Origin: Raja brachyura | Lineage: Eukaryota | Assembly: GCA_963514005.1 (NCBI GenBank) | Contig: OY740781.1 | Location: forward strand, 82,956,001 to 83,020,000 | Direction: 5' to 3' | Length of the DNA stretch: 64,000 bases | Shown: piece by piece, positions 13,266 through 24,790 of the stretch | Numbering within the stretch: position 1 is the stretch's first letter | Layout of the letters: the number at the start of each line of letters is the position of its first letter | Position numbers and translations under genes: made by a program | Notes under the pieces: generated by a model | Seen by the model: only the letters and a program-made list of their open reading frames with translations | Database searches by the model: none | What the model was told of the DNA's origin: nothing

Positions 13266-15244
13266 AATAACATCCAAAAATTACTAAGCCATCAGTGGAA
13301 CCCCCCCGATCGTTCTTTTGATACAATTGGTAGTCAGTCGCTTTTGCAAAAAGTGAATCAAACAATCTCATGCAAATTTGGAATTCGCACGTAGCCTTTC
13401 ATTCCCTGTGAGGCAAATGTTGCATAATTGCAAATAAGATATAGATCCTAAGCTACAATGACAATCGCTCACAGCACAATTTGTTCAGTTGGACTGAGGT
13501 CAAAACGCAATTACAGCAGAACAAAATATTCTGACCACAAAGTGGAAAATTGAAAAACAAAAATATTTTTTGCTATCAAAGACTGATGTTCTCTTCATAC
13601 ATTAATTCTGCTGAATTATTGCTATGAAATGCAGGTATGGTAAAGCTTCCAAACAACTGGAAATGTACTGCCCATTATCAGATGCATGATAATCATCTAT
13701 CCAAATATACTTAACACATTACCCAAATATCAGTGGTTATATGATCAGCATCTTCTAGATGTTCATACTTGTAATTGTACTTTTGTTAATAAATCTACAA
13801 AATAAAACATAACATCTACCATACTAAGAACATATTTGGAGAACAGGCTGCACGTACAATTTGTAATCCAGCAGCTAAGAAAACCAGCAATTTATATTGG
13901 AGACACTGTTTGAGTTATACACATGCCACAAATGACCACCTCACTCAGAAAGTCTCAAATATATGACACAGAGAAGATTCCCCAAACTATTAAAACCGTT
14001 GCCTCCATCAATACAATCCGATTAAATATAAGGAACATGTCCACATAGAAACAGTTGGCTTCCTGCTTCTCGAGGCAAGCTTCTCTAAAAAAACCCCATC
14101 TGGTCTGAACTGGTTTCTGGCTTGCTATAAACAATAAGGTTGGTTAAAAGTAGTATTGTCAACTCATTCTATATTAAACAGCATCAGACTAGAACAGAGC
14201 AGCAAATGTGTTCGACTAATTCTTATCCAAGGACGAGATCATTTAGCAGTACCGACGTACCTATTTATTATAGGAACCCATTTTTACCCCATGCAGTTTT
14301 GGTGTGGCCTCAGAGGGTAAAACTCACCTGATCTTGCAGTGTTTCTATCATGGTAAATTGTGCCTTTCATCAGTTAATGGAGCCTAGAGGAGCTCCTCTC
14401 TGATTTATCAGCACTCAGGCTGGTAAATCTACCCACGGAACTGCACCACTTTAAACTGACACTAGTTTAGTGGAATAAGCTAAGTGGAAGTGGAAAAAGC
14501 ACCAGCTACCCAGAGACTGCTATGCAGATATTTTCTTCTTTATTTGGATTAAATTTTGAAAATGCAAATATATTTAAACTATTTTAAATGTGTCTGAATA
14601 TTTTCATGGCCTAAAATTTTAATTACATTTTTAATAGCTTTATTTTTTATAGTGCTTTGGAATGTTTCGGAACATGAACATGAAAAACATTCACAAACAA
14701 CTTGGACGGCAGCCAGCGAGTCAGGAGACAGGGCTTCATGGCCTGTCAAGATAATTCTTGGAGTTGAATCGGACACTTACGCTTGGAAAACCTTTAAGCC
14801 TGCCTCTCAGTGGAAGACTGCACCAGGGTCCACACAATTTCAAAGTCAAGTGACTGGCAAACGTGGGTAGCTTGTTGTTCGGAGGGAAATTCCTCCCGCT
14901 GACTTTTAACCACAACCTACATGCCTTGCAAATGCAGAATGTGGAGTAAAAATATGGAGCAAGGTACCACCTGTTTGTACATGCAGCTTACCAACAAACT
15001 GAGAATATCTCAGTCAAAACTATCAGTTCACAAGGCAATATTGACCAAATGAACAGCAAGAAACAAAAAAAAACAGAACTGCTGAAAATACTTTAACATG
15101 TCAGAGTGAAATCAAGTTAACATTACAGGTCAATGACCCTTCATCAGAGCAATGGTGAAATTGCATCAAATGATTCACACTCCACACACGTTGCCTGAAC
15201 TGTTATATATTTTGAATAATTTCTGTTATTTTTTTTTCTCAGAC

Positions 15245-15705
15245 TTGTGTGGGCAATGGGCAGGTGCTATAGACCTACAAGGGAAGGTAGACGCTCCCGC
15301 CCCCATGAGTCTCGGGCAGATGGGGCTCCTCAGCCTGGTAAGGCAGTCCATCTAGGAGAGGGAAAACTCAGATTTAAAACCTCCACTGCCTTGTGGCCAT
15401 ATCCAGTCATGGAAAAGGCTCCTGGAGTAAACCTCAAGAAAATCAAGAGTCGGAGCCCCTAAGACAGTTCTTCATTGTCTACAACCTTGCTCTGGCAGCT
15501 CCTGTGACGGCACCGGTACCAAACTGTAACAACCCTGCTGTTCCTTTTGATCGATCAGCGACGTGGAGAGGGGGGACGTGCTGCATGGACAACAGCCTGT
15601 CCTCCATATGACATTGCCCAGGCTTGCATCCAACCACACATCACCTGCAAACTAGGATGCATCACCCATGGTCAGTCATGATCGAAGGGGGCCTACTACT
15701 ACTTA
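15245..15705 (+). mobile_element. Short non-autonomous retroelement, possibly RTE-derived, ending in (TAC)n
   Basis: Motif ctcctcagcctggtaaggcagtccatctaggagagggaaaactc resembles RTE-clade 5' UTR sequence as recalled; ends ggcc-tactactact. Confidence 0.4.
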
Positions 15706-15874
15706 ATCTGTAGTATTTAAGAAAGAACTGCAGATGCTGGAAAAATTGAAGGTAGACAAAAATGCTGGAGAAACTCAGCGGATGAGGCAGCATCTATAGT
15801 ATTCTTCATTTCAACCGAGGAATACATAGCATGTCAATAACAGAGAAATTCATGCACTCTATATGCATGCTTTT

Positions 15875-17810
15875 TAACACAGGTTGTATAAAACCAATTT
15901 AATTGAATTTTTCGAGGAGGTAAACAAGTGCATCAATGAGTGCAGCGCAGTACATATGGTTTGCATGGACTTCATTAAGACCTTTGACAAAATCCCATAT
16001 GAATGGTCCAAAAGGTTAGGGCCCCATGGAATCCGGAGCAATTTGGCAAACTGGATCGAGAATTGGTTTGGTAATAGGAGTCAGAGGATAATGTTAGAGG
16101 GTTGTTTCAGTGAATAGATAGATGCCTGTTACTAATGATGTTCCTCAGGGGTCATTGCTAGTATCTTTGTTGTTTGTCATTTCATGAATGATTTATTCTT
16201 CTTCTTTCATGTCCTTATGCTATATAGTGGCTCACCACTGCTGTACACATCGGTGCGCTATTGGAGTGTTAAGTGCAAGATCTGCAGTAGTACATAGATT
16301 ATCCAACAATGGGCATTGCAGTAGGTGTTGCATTGTCTGGGTCTGTGCCACATTCACAGGTTGTTGTACCCTCGATGAAGCCCCATTTGTGCATTGTCAC
16401 CCTTGACCGCCTGACCCCCGTTTGCAGTTGGTTGAGACATCTCCAGTTCAGCCAGTGTTCATCAGCTCCTGGTGGTAAGCGCTCTGCTGCTGGTTTGTGT
16501 CCATCTTGGTGGAAATAGGGACAGTGGCTAATAGGGAAATAGGGACAAGATGTTCTTCCACATCTGGAGGCAAGCTTCAGTTGGTGGTTTCCAATGTGGT
16601 GATGCTGGTTAGGAAGCTCTTACAGGATTTTAACCACCGAGGAGGGGGCACATGGTTGTGTAATGGGTGTCTGTCGTCTGTCAGTTGTTTCAGACACTGT
16701 CCTACTTGCAACAGCTTTCCTGATGTCTGGGGGAGCAATGTCAGCCAGTAGGTAGACGTTGTTTATGTCCGTAGATCGGAAGCCACCAGTGATGCTACAG
16801 CAGCTGACATTCAAGGATGAGTCATGTGTAGACTCTTTGCATGTGCAGATCTCTCCCAAGCAGGGCAGACGTGTTCTGCAGCACAGAAGCAGAGTGCGAA
16901 GGCTGTGGTAAGTATTGTTGTTGGATTGGCACCCCATTTGGTGGTGGTGAGTTTGTTCAATATGTTGTTGCAGGTGCCCATCTTCCCGTTAGTTATTTCC
17001 ACACGTCTTGAATGGGAGTGTGACTCCAAGGTAGATTGGGTTTGGGCAATGTGTTAGTGGGAATCCAGACCATGTGATGTGTAGTTGATGGTTAGCCTCT
17101 TGGTTCCTCATGTGGAATACACAGACCTGTGTTTTCAATGGGTTGGCACGCAGCTGGTTTTCCTCATAGTATGAAGATAAACCGGTGAGTGCCTCTATCA
17201 GCATCGTCTCAACATCTTGGAACTGTGTACCCATTTGGTTATCTAATGTAGGGGACACATTCAGCAAGCTCATGGATGACACAAAAATTAGCAGAGTGTT
17301 AGATAGTGTGCAGGGTAGTCTTAGGCTACAGAGCAACATTAATGTTTTGCGAAATGGGCTTCAAATGGCAGGTGGAGTTCAACCCAGTTATTGAGAGGTG
17401 AGATAGACACCTCTGGGGCACCTAAGCAGGTCTGGAGAAAGGAAAGTGACAAAAGGTTCAGAATCCTTCTTCAGACGTTACGACCAAAAACATCACCCTT
17501 TGCTTTTCTACAGAGATGCTGCCTGACCCACTGAATCCTCCAAAACTTGCATCCATCTTCAGTATAAACCTGAATCTGTAGTTCCTTCCTACATTAATTG
17601 TGTGGTGATGTATTTTGGGAATACCAAATAGGCTAAGATGGATTCCATGAATGGTAGGATCTTAAGGAGTATTGACAAACAGAGGGACCTTGAATTACAA
17701 GTCGAGATCCTTGAAGCCAACAGTACAAGCAGATAACATAGTGAGGAAAACATGGGATACCGATTTTCATTAATCAGGACACCGAAGACATAAAAAGGTT
17801 ATGCTTCTGG
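15875..17810 (+). mobile_element. Old degraded CR1 RT fragment interrupted by a Vingi-like LINE and a Penelope-derived hairpin
   Basis: TNLIEFFEEV, MDFIKTFDKIP and WIENW in ORF 15884; the RT continues after 17230 with SKLMDDTKI. Confidence 0.75.
16190..17225 (-). mobile_element. Vingi/Ingi-like (I-group) LINE 3' fragment
   Basis: Minus-strand peptides LRANPLKTQVCVFH, WGANPTTILTTAFALCFCAAEHVCPAWERSAHAK and LLADIAPPDIRK; short (GAA)n tail near 16195-16205. Confidence 0.7.
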
Positions 17811-17971
17811 GCAGTTCTGGACACAAAATTATCAACGCGATGGATCGTAATTAAATGCTTACAGCAAAGTTTGTCTGTAACATTTTCAGAAGCGTTTCAT
17901 TTCTAATAATTTGTTTTCACTGCGTGTCTTTTTTCAAATTTTCAAATAAATCTGCACATTAGCTTCAGCCA

Positions 17972-18240
17972 TAAGTTCAAGTTTCAAGTTCACATTTATT
18001 GTCACATGCACCAATTGGTACAGTGAAATTTGGGTTCCAATACAGCCATACGAATAAAACCCAACACACGATAGAATTGAACACAAACATCCCCACACAG
18101 CGGAATCAACGTTTCCCACTGTGAGGGCAGGCAACAAAGTTCAGTCATCTTCCTTCCTTTTTGTTGTTCACCTGTGGTCGGGGCCTCCTGAGCCCACCAC
18201 AGTCGCCGCTACAGGCGGTCCGATGTTCAGGCCCTCTTAT
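17972..18240 (-). mobile_element. Non-autonomous element with Rex1-type tail
   Basis: Reverse complement reads cactgtaccaattggtgcatgtgacaataaa followed by (aacttg)n. Confidence 0.5.
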
Positions 18241-18634
18241 TCTTCAGTTCCGGGTCCCTTTCTCATTGCTTCTGAACTATCTAGGGATTCTCACACACCC
18301 TTCATTCCCATATTCTACCCTCTCCATCACCCACACACTCCTCCCACAGGGTCCACTCTCCCCACTGTTCCCATCTGCCAACCCTACCTCCTTTATTTGG
18401 TTTTGTGCTTCACCTTCCTTACCATCTATTGTATCCCAGCCCCCATAGCTATTTAGACAAAATATTTATTCCTACAGTAATTTCTGGTCTTCTTGCCCCT
18501 AAATGCAAGAATTCATTTTTAGAATTTTATTTGGAAATGAGCAGATTTCCCGAAAAATCAGGGAGGGTTTGGAGGGGGGCTGCATGTGGTTACGTTGCAT
18601 TCAATCAGTGCAACTTGCAGAGCAATGGCAAATT

Positions 18635-19100
18635 AAGACTGAAGGAACTCAGTGGGTCAAGCTGCAACTACAGAGGGAAATGGACAGGACTCTTCCTCTG
18701 GTCTGAAATATTAGAGGGAGATAGCCAGTATAGATAGATTGGGGCAAAGGTGGTGCAATAATTGATAAGTAATATGTGGATGCAAGTGAGGAGGCGTTGA
18801 TTGGCAGATGGAGTCAGATGGGAGGAGCGAAAGGTCTAAATAGCTATGGGGGCTGGGATACAATAGATGGTAAGGAAGGTGGGGGGGGGGGGGGGGGGAG
18901 GGGTAGATAGGAAGTTCTGTCCCTCTACCTTGCAATTCGCCTGACTGGCTGAGGACAGACAGGCTGCTGTGAGAATGGGAAGAAGAAATGAAATGGTTTG
19001 CAACTAGGAGCACCAGATGCCCATGATTGAGAGAGAGCAGCTGCTCGGCAAAACGGTTACCTTGTCTGGACTTTGTTTTACCTGCAGAAACATCAATTTG
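18635..19100 (-). mobile_element. Degraded Penelope-like 3' fragment
   Basis: Minus strand reads LLVANHFISSSHSHSSLSVL (GIY-YIG C-terminal region) and carries the gacccactgagttcc tail. Confidence 0.6.
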
Positions 19101-19209
19101 TTTCTATGTCTAGGATGGGGTTGAATGTCATGTTGTATTGAGCGATGCTGAAGGAAATCAGGGTAATCCCTGCAATTATGCAAGACCCTGGTGAAACTCA
19201 CCGACTGCA

Positions 19210-19534
19210 GTTTAGTTTAGAGATACAGTGCGGAAACAGTTCCTTTGACCCACCAGGTCCGCGCCGACCAGCGATCCCCGCACATTAACACAAGCCTACA
19301 CACGCTAGAGACAATTTACACTGATAAGAAGTATACAAACCCAAGCCAATTAACCTACAAATCTGTATGTCTTGGGAGCGTGGGAGGAAACCGAAGATCT
19401 GGAGAAAACCCATGTGGTCACGGGAGAACGTACAAACTCCATACAGACAGCACCCGTAGTCGGGATCAAACCCGGGTCTCTGGCGCTGCAAGCGCTGTAA
19501 GGCAGCAACTCCACCACTGTGCACCGTTGCGCCC
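19210..19534 (-). mobile_element. tRNA-derived V-SINE (HE1-like)
   Basis: Minus strand has a tRNA-like head (gggcgcaacggtgcacagtgg...gacccgggtttgatcccgac), a V-domain-like core (ggagtttgtacgttctccc...ggtttcctcccac) and a (ctaaa)n tail. Confidence 0.85.
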
Positions 19535-19894
19535 TAAGTGTAGTCTGATATATTTTCCCAAGGAAGGATCTATTTGCAATAGAAGTGCATCAATGGTTCG
19601 ACTGATATCCAGGGATTGGATTCTGAGAGAGTGAGCAGACTGGCTTAGCTATACTCTCAAAGTTAAAAGAACAAGAAGCGATCTCTTTGAATTGTACATT
19701 GTACTACATTGCACTACATTTTTATTATGTAGAAGTGACAATTCACTCAAGTAGGATGTCTAGAACCAGGAACCAGTGTCAAAATAATGGATCAGGCTTT
19801 CAGGACGGTGACAAGAATAACAGTGACAAGTTTGTTCACCCAATGGGTGCTGAATCTTGAAACGCTCTATTTTTATGGTTAATGGTGGCTGAGT

Positions 19895-20100
19895 TAAGAC
19901 ACAAAGAACTGGAGATGTTAGTTTACAAAAAAAGACAGAAAGTGCAGGAATAACTCAGTGGGTCAGGCAGCATCACTGGAGAACATGGATCGGTGACATT
20001 TTGGGGTGAAGATGGGTCCTAACCCAAAACATCACCTATCCATGTTCTGCAAAGATGCTGCCGGACCCACTGAGTTATTCCAGCACTTGGTAGTTTATTT
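19895..20100. mobile_element. ~200 bp foldback made of two Penelope-like 3' ends joined head-to-head
   Basis: aataactcagtgggtcaggcagcatc...atggatcggtgacattttggg is inverted relative to cccaaaacatcacctatccatg...gatgctgccggacccactgagttatt. Confidence 0.75.
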
Positions 20101-21039
20101 TAGCATAATTAAGGCAGATATCAAAAGATTTTTGTGCATTACGGGAGGCCAGAAGTCTATGGCAACTGCTATGTGATTATTGTTGAATCTGAGCTCGGCA
20201 GATAATGCTGGCCCTGATGACAGCCCATTTAATCTTTGGAATAAGAATACACCTCCAGGCAATCTCCATCATGCCCTTTAATTTAGATAAGAGGGATCAA
20301 TGGCTTTATCTTCTCCTCCCTAACCTTGGGGCACTGAAAGTATTGTTGTGATACACCAACATCCTGATCAAGGTCAGCTAAATCAGCAGCCCTTGGTGCA
20401 AACAAAATTAAATGTGGAAAACATACAAAAATATTTTATGGAGAATACACCGAAAAGAACACTAAATAAACATCACCTATTCCTTCGCACCATAGATGCT
20501 GCCTCACCCGCTGAGTTTCTCCAGCATTTGTGTCTACTATTTTGTCTACTTGAAACTAAGATCTTGGGCAAAATGCTGGGTGTTGAATGCAGTCTTTTAA
20601 AAGTTGGAGAGGAAGAGTGGTTCAGAGATAGCACCCCAGCTTGAGCCCACACCAGCTGCAGTCTGCTGCTGCTAATGACGAGGCAAGGGAAGTGAGAGAA
20701 CACAAGATTCAAGATGAAAGTACATGATTGGAAATGCATAAAATGCTGAACCATGCAGATTGTGAAAGGATGGAGAGAGGGAGGATGGGCAACAAAGCTA
20801 GAAGTTAAAAACTTAGAATTGAATGAATTGGTGCTGAGGAGGCAAGTTCAGAAGAGCAAGAATAGAAAGGTCACCAAACCAGTGAAAGGCAGAATATAGA
20901 CGGCTGAACACAAGCAAATCATACTTTGTGAAACTGGGCAAGAAATGTGTTCCATAATTTAAATGTATAAGTGACAAAAGTACAGTTAAGCTTATTGCCC
21001 AGAATGCAAGGAGAGAGATAAACCCAAATCTTATTCAAA

Positions 21040-21470
21040 AAGTGACACAAAGTGCTGGAGTAACTCAGCGGTTCTGGCAACACGTCTGGAGAACATGGAT
21101 AGGTGGCGAAGAACTGCAAATGCTTGTTTAAACCGAAGATAGACACACAAAAAGCTGCAGTAACTCAGCAGGTCAGACCGCATCTCTGGAGAAAAATGAA
21201 TTGGTTAGGTTGAGTCAAGTCGAGACCCTTCTTCTGTCTGAAGAAGGGTCTCGACTCAAAACATCAACTATTTCATTTCTACAGAAAGGCTGTCTGACCC
21301 GCTTAGTTACTCCAGCTTTTTGTGTCTATGGATAGGTGACATTTTGAGCAAGGACCCTTTTTCAGACTGGCACCTATTCAAGTTATCCAGTGCTTCTGCC
21401 TTACCCACTGAATTGCTCCAGCACTTTGTGTCTTTTTTTGTAAATCAACACCTGCAGTTCGTCGTTTATC
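21040..21470. mobile_element. Nested pair of Penelope-derived foldback elements
   Basis: Inner hairpin (~21106-21327) with apex gtcgagacccttcttc-tgtct-gaagaagggtctcgac is flanked by an 11 bp direct repeat atggataggtg (21095-21105, 21328-21338) inside an outer hairpin. Confidence 0.8.
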
Positions 21471-22577
21471 CAAATGTTGGTCAATCTGATTCATCAACAC
21501 AGATCCACCATACCCATAGTAACAACAAATAAAAACCATTATAAGTATATAGTTGAGAAATACATTAAAAATTAATTTTGCAGCATGTCTTCTGCATTTT
21601 GTTCAAAGAAAAATTGCTAATATTGAAAAAACTTTTCCAGGTGTACAGTAGAGATAATTCAGTCTTTCAGCAATTCAAATGCCCAGGAAAGAAAGATTAC
21701 AAAACATGGTGGACACCGACCTGTCCATCACAGGCACTGACCACCCCATCTAAGGGACCTGCAGGAGGTGCTCTTCAGAGTAAGAATTTCCTTATTCCGT
21801 TGTGGTACACATGGTAAGTAAACTTAACTCTTGAAAAATTACACATTTTGACACCAAGTGCTCACTGGCCAAGAATAGGAATAATTAAATGTACTATTGT
21901 GTACTATTATGTCTCTCTTCATTTCAGTTTGTTCCAACATAGTGACCTAGTTGAAACACCAGTGTGGGGGAGATAGATCAAAATACCTCCTTGATGTACA
22001 ATACCATGACTCTATGATCGATGAATAATTTAAAAACTCACAGATCATTCACACCAGTTCATGATCTACTCTTCAAGTGTTAAAGAACACAATCATGCAA
22101 CAGAACAATGAAATTCCTACTTGCTGCAGTTTAAGAGTCCCATAAACATAATTACACAGTTAAATATATATTAAACTAAATTCCTGTTTTATCCTATCTG
22201 GGTTTTGCTATTGATGTTTTGATTTGGTATGCTGATATTTCAGGACCAGGATGAGCTAGCTGCACTGTCAACCCACCAACAATCACTGACATCTTGGAAT
22301 AAATACTTAGAATAATAGCTGGGAAAGTACTGGAGATGGTAACGTATGAAAGAAAATTTCTGTCATCCCATGATCCATAATGTAATCTTACAGAAATTGT
22401 ACTCATTGTGGAAAAGAAAAAAATCAATCTATTCTGGGAAAAATAGTTACTGGAATACACACAAGAATTATTTTAAATAATGAGTGGAGTCGCAGTCATT
22501 AGTTTCTATTTGGTAAGCCCTGGGAAAATCCCAAACCAAAAAAATACAAAATCACATGCTCAACACCGAGAAACAGA

Positions 22578-23910
22578 GAGGGTTACACAAAAAGCTGGAG
22601 AAACTCAGCGGGTGCAGCAGCATCTAAGGAGCGAAGGAGATAGGCGACGTTTCGGGTCGAGACCCTTCTTCAGACTGGTCAGGGATCAGGGAAACGAGAG
22701 ATATAAACAGTGATATGGAGAGATAAAGCAAGAACAATGAGTGAAAGATATGCAAAAAAGTATTGGTGATAAGGAAAGCAGGCCATTGTAAGCTGTTTCT
22801 GGTGTGAAAATGAGAAGCTAGTGCGACTTGGGGGGGGGGGGGGGGGGGAGATGGAGAAGGAATGTCAGGGCCCGAGGGCTGAGGGAGAGGTGGGGGGGTG
22901 GGGGGGAAAGGAGCAGTCTGGGTTAACAGAATTGAGAAAATTCAATGTTTAAGCCCAGAGGATGCAGACTCCCCAAGCGGAATATGAGATGTTGTTCCTC
23001 AAACTTGCGGTGTTGTTCACTCTGGCCATGGAGGAGGCCCAGGACCGAGAGGTCGGATACGGAGTGGGAGGGGGAGTTGAAGTGCTGAGCCACCAGGAGG
23101 TCGGGTTGGTTATTGCGGACCGAGCGGAGGTGTTCGGCGAAACGATCGCCTAGCCTCCGCTTGGTCTCACCAATGTAGATTAGCTGGCATCTGGAGCAAC
23201 GGATGCAGTAGACGAGGTTGGAGGAGGTGCAGGTGAACCTCTGTCGGACTTGGAATGACTGCTTGGGTCCCTGAAAGGAGTGGATGGGGGAGGTGAAGGA
23301 ACAAGTGTAGCATCTCTTGCGGTTGCAAGGGAAAGTGCCCGGGGAAGGAGTGGAGCAGGAGGGAAGGGAAGAATTGACGAGGGAGTTGCGGAGGGAGCGG
23401 TCTCCGACCTCTCGGTCCTGGGCCTCCTCCATGGCCAGAGTGAACAACACCGCAAGTTTGAGGAACAACATCTCATATTCCGCTTGGGGAGTCTGCATCC
23501 TCTGGGCTTAAACATTGAATTTTCTCAATTCTGTTAACCCAGACTGCTCCTTTCCCCCCACCCCCCCACCTCTCCCTCAGCCCTCGGGCCCTGACATTCC
23601 TTCTCCATCTCCCCCCCCCCCCCCCCCCACCCCAAGTCGCACTAGCTTCTCATTTTCACACCAGAAACAGCTTACAATGGCCTGCTTTCCTTATCACCAA
23701 TACTTTTTTGCATATCTTTCACTCATTGTTCCTTATCTCTCCACATCACTGTTTATATCTCTCGTTTCCCTGATCCCTGACCAGTCTGAAGAAGGGTCTC
23801 GACCCGAAACGTCGCCTATCTCCTTCGCTCCTTAGATGCTGCTGCACCCGCTGAGTTTCTCCAGCTTTTTGTGTAACCCTCGATTCTCCAGCATCTGCAG
23901 TTCCTTCTTT
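22578..23910. mobile_element. Penelope-like element (Neptune type) with inverted pseudo-LTR: ~480 bp inverted arms around a 345 bp spacer
   Basis: Arms 22578-23057 and 23403-23881; minus ORF with CNRKRCYTC linker and SSNLVYCIRCSRCQLIYIGETKR GIY-YIG; direct repeat aacaccgagaaacagaga at 22562-22579 and 23911-23928. Confidence 0.92.
23786..23813 (+). ncRNA. Minimal type I hammerhead ribozyme-like motif in the Penelope pseudo-LTR (mirror copy on minus at 22646-22673)
   Basis: CUGAAGA, extra A, helix II GGGU-CUCG-ACCC, GAAA, palindromic ACGU, GUC. Helix I pairing is short, so activity is unproven. Confidence 0.65.
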
Positions 23911-24356
23911 AACACCGAGAAACAGAGAACCGTTCTCGACCAACAAAATTTCGTAATGGTTTCTGTTTTCCTATTTACTCAAGTCAGGGGGAAGAAGTGG
24001 CAAATACCGCTACTCGGACGGGAAGTGAAAGAATAACTGAATGTAATACATTTGTAATTATAACTGTACAAAGGATACACGACCCAAGGCCCATTCCAGT
24101 GCTCTTTCATTTCCTGTACATTTGAATTTCCCCCACCCCACAAAAAAAAAGAATTTTGGTTTAAAGACTGTTCCTTGTGCCCTTAAATTGTGTGCTCGTT
24201 AGAATGGTATACTTTAAAACTGCGACCAACTGGGAAAGAATGACAGAAAACGAAAGGAGCACAGATTTCCCCACAAGGACAGGCAGGATTTGTCCATTCA
24301 CACTTTTCTTTACTATTTCCAAAGCAGAAAGAATTAACAAAGAGACCCAGACTCAC

Positions 24357-24790
24357 CAGCTGCCCGTGTCCATTACAGCAGAACCGTGAGGGCGAGGTTG
24401 TTACAGCAGTAGTCCTTCTTTTTGATTTTTTTGTTAATCAGGCACCAAAACATTTCAGTTGTTGGGTTATCCAGTGTGTGTGTGTTGTCCGAGCAGGAGC
24501 CCCCCTCCCCTCAACATCCACTCACTGCAGGTAGGCAGCAGGCAGGCAGAAAGATCTTAGAGCCCCTCCAGTAGCTTTGCTCAGGCACAAAGATCCTAGA
24601 GCCCCTCCAGTAGCTTTGCTCAGGCAGGCAGGCAGCAGCAGCAGCAGCAGGCACTCACACTCTGTCCCTCTCTCTCTGTCTGTCTGTCTGTCTCCTGCAT
24701 GCAAGTTGCACCCAGGCCAGATCAATCAACCCCCGCAGCCAGTCGCTGGCGGAGCATCTACCAGGCGCCTCAATCGCGCACGGAATATCC
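24357..24790 (-). promoter_or_regulatory. Probable first exon(s)/promoter of a gene divergent from COMMD8 (ATP10D expected by synteny, unconfirmed)
   Basis: Non-TE, locally GC/CpG-enriched sequence with (CAG)n and (TCTG)n tracts and two minus-strand GTGAGT donors (plus-strand actcac at 24351 and 24520). Confidence 0.4.

Noticed and set aside
14770-14900. Minus-strand GTAAGT donor suggesting an additional exon
   Set aside because: A single motif with no recognisable coding match or clear acceptor; expected by chance in 64 kb.
19440-19534. tRNA gene
   Set aside because: It is the tRNA-derived head of a SINE; no complete cloverleaf, and it continues into SINE body and tail.
20160-20340. Enhancer/CNE-like unique sequence (also 12160-12300)
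   Set aside because: Impression only; conservation cannot be assessed without cross-species alignment.
22923-23498. 191 aa GIY-YIG ORF as a stand-alone nuclease gene
   Set aside because: Its N-terminus is the antisense reading of the inverted arm; it is a chimeric Penelope remnant without RT or a promoter.
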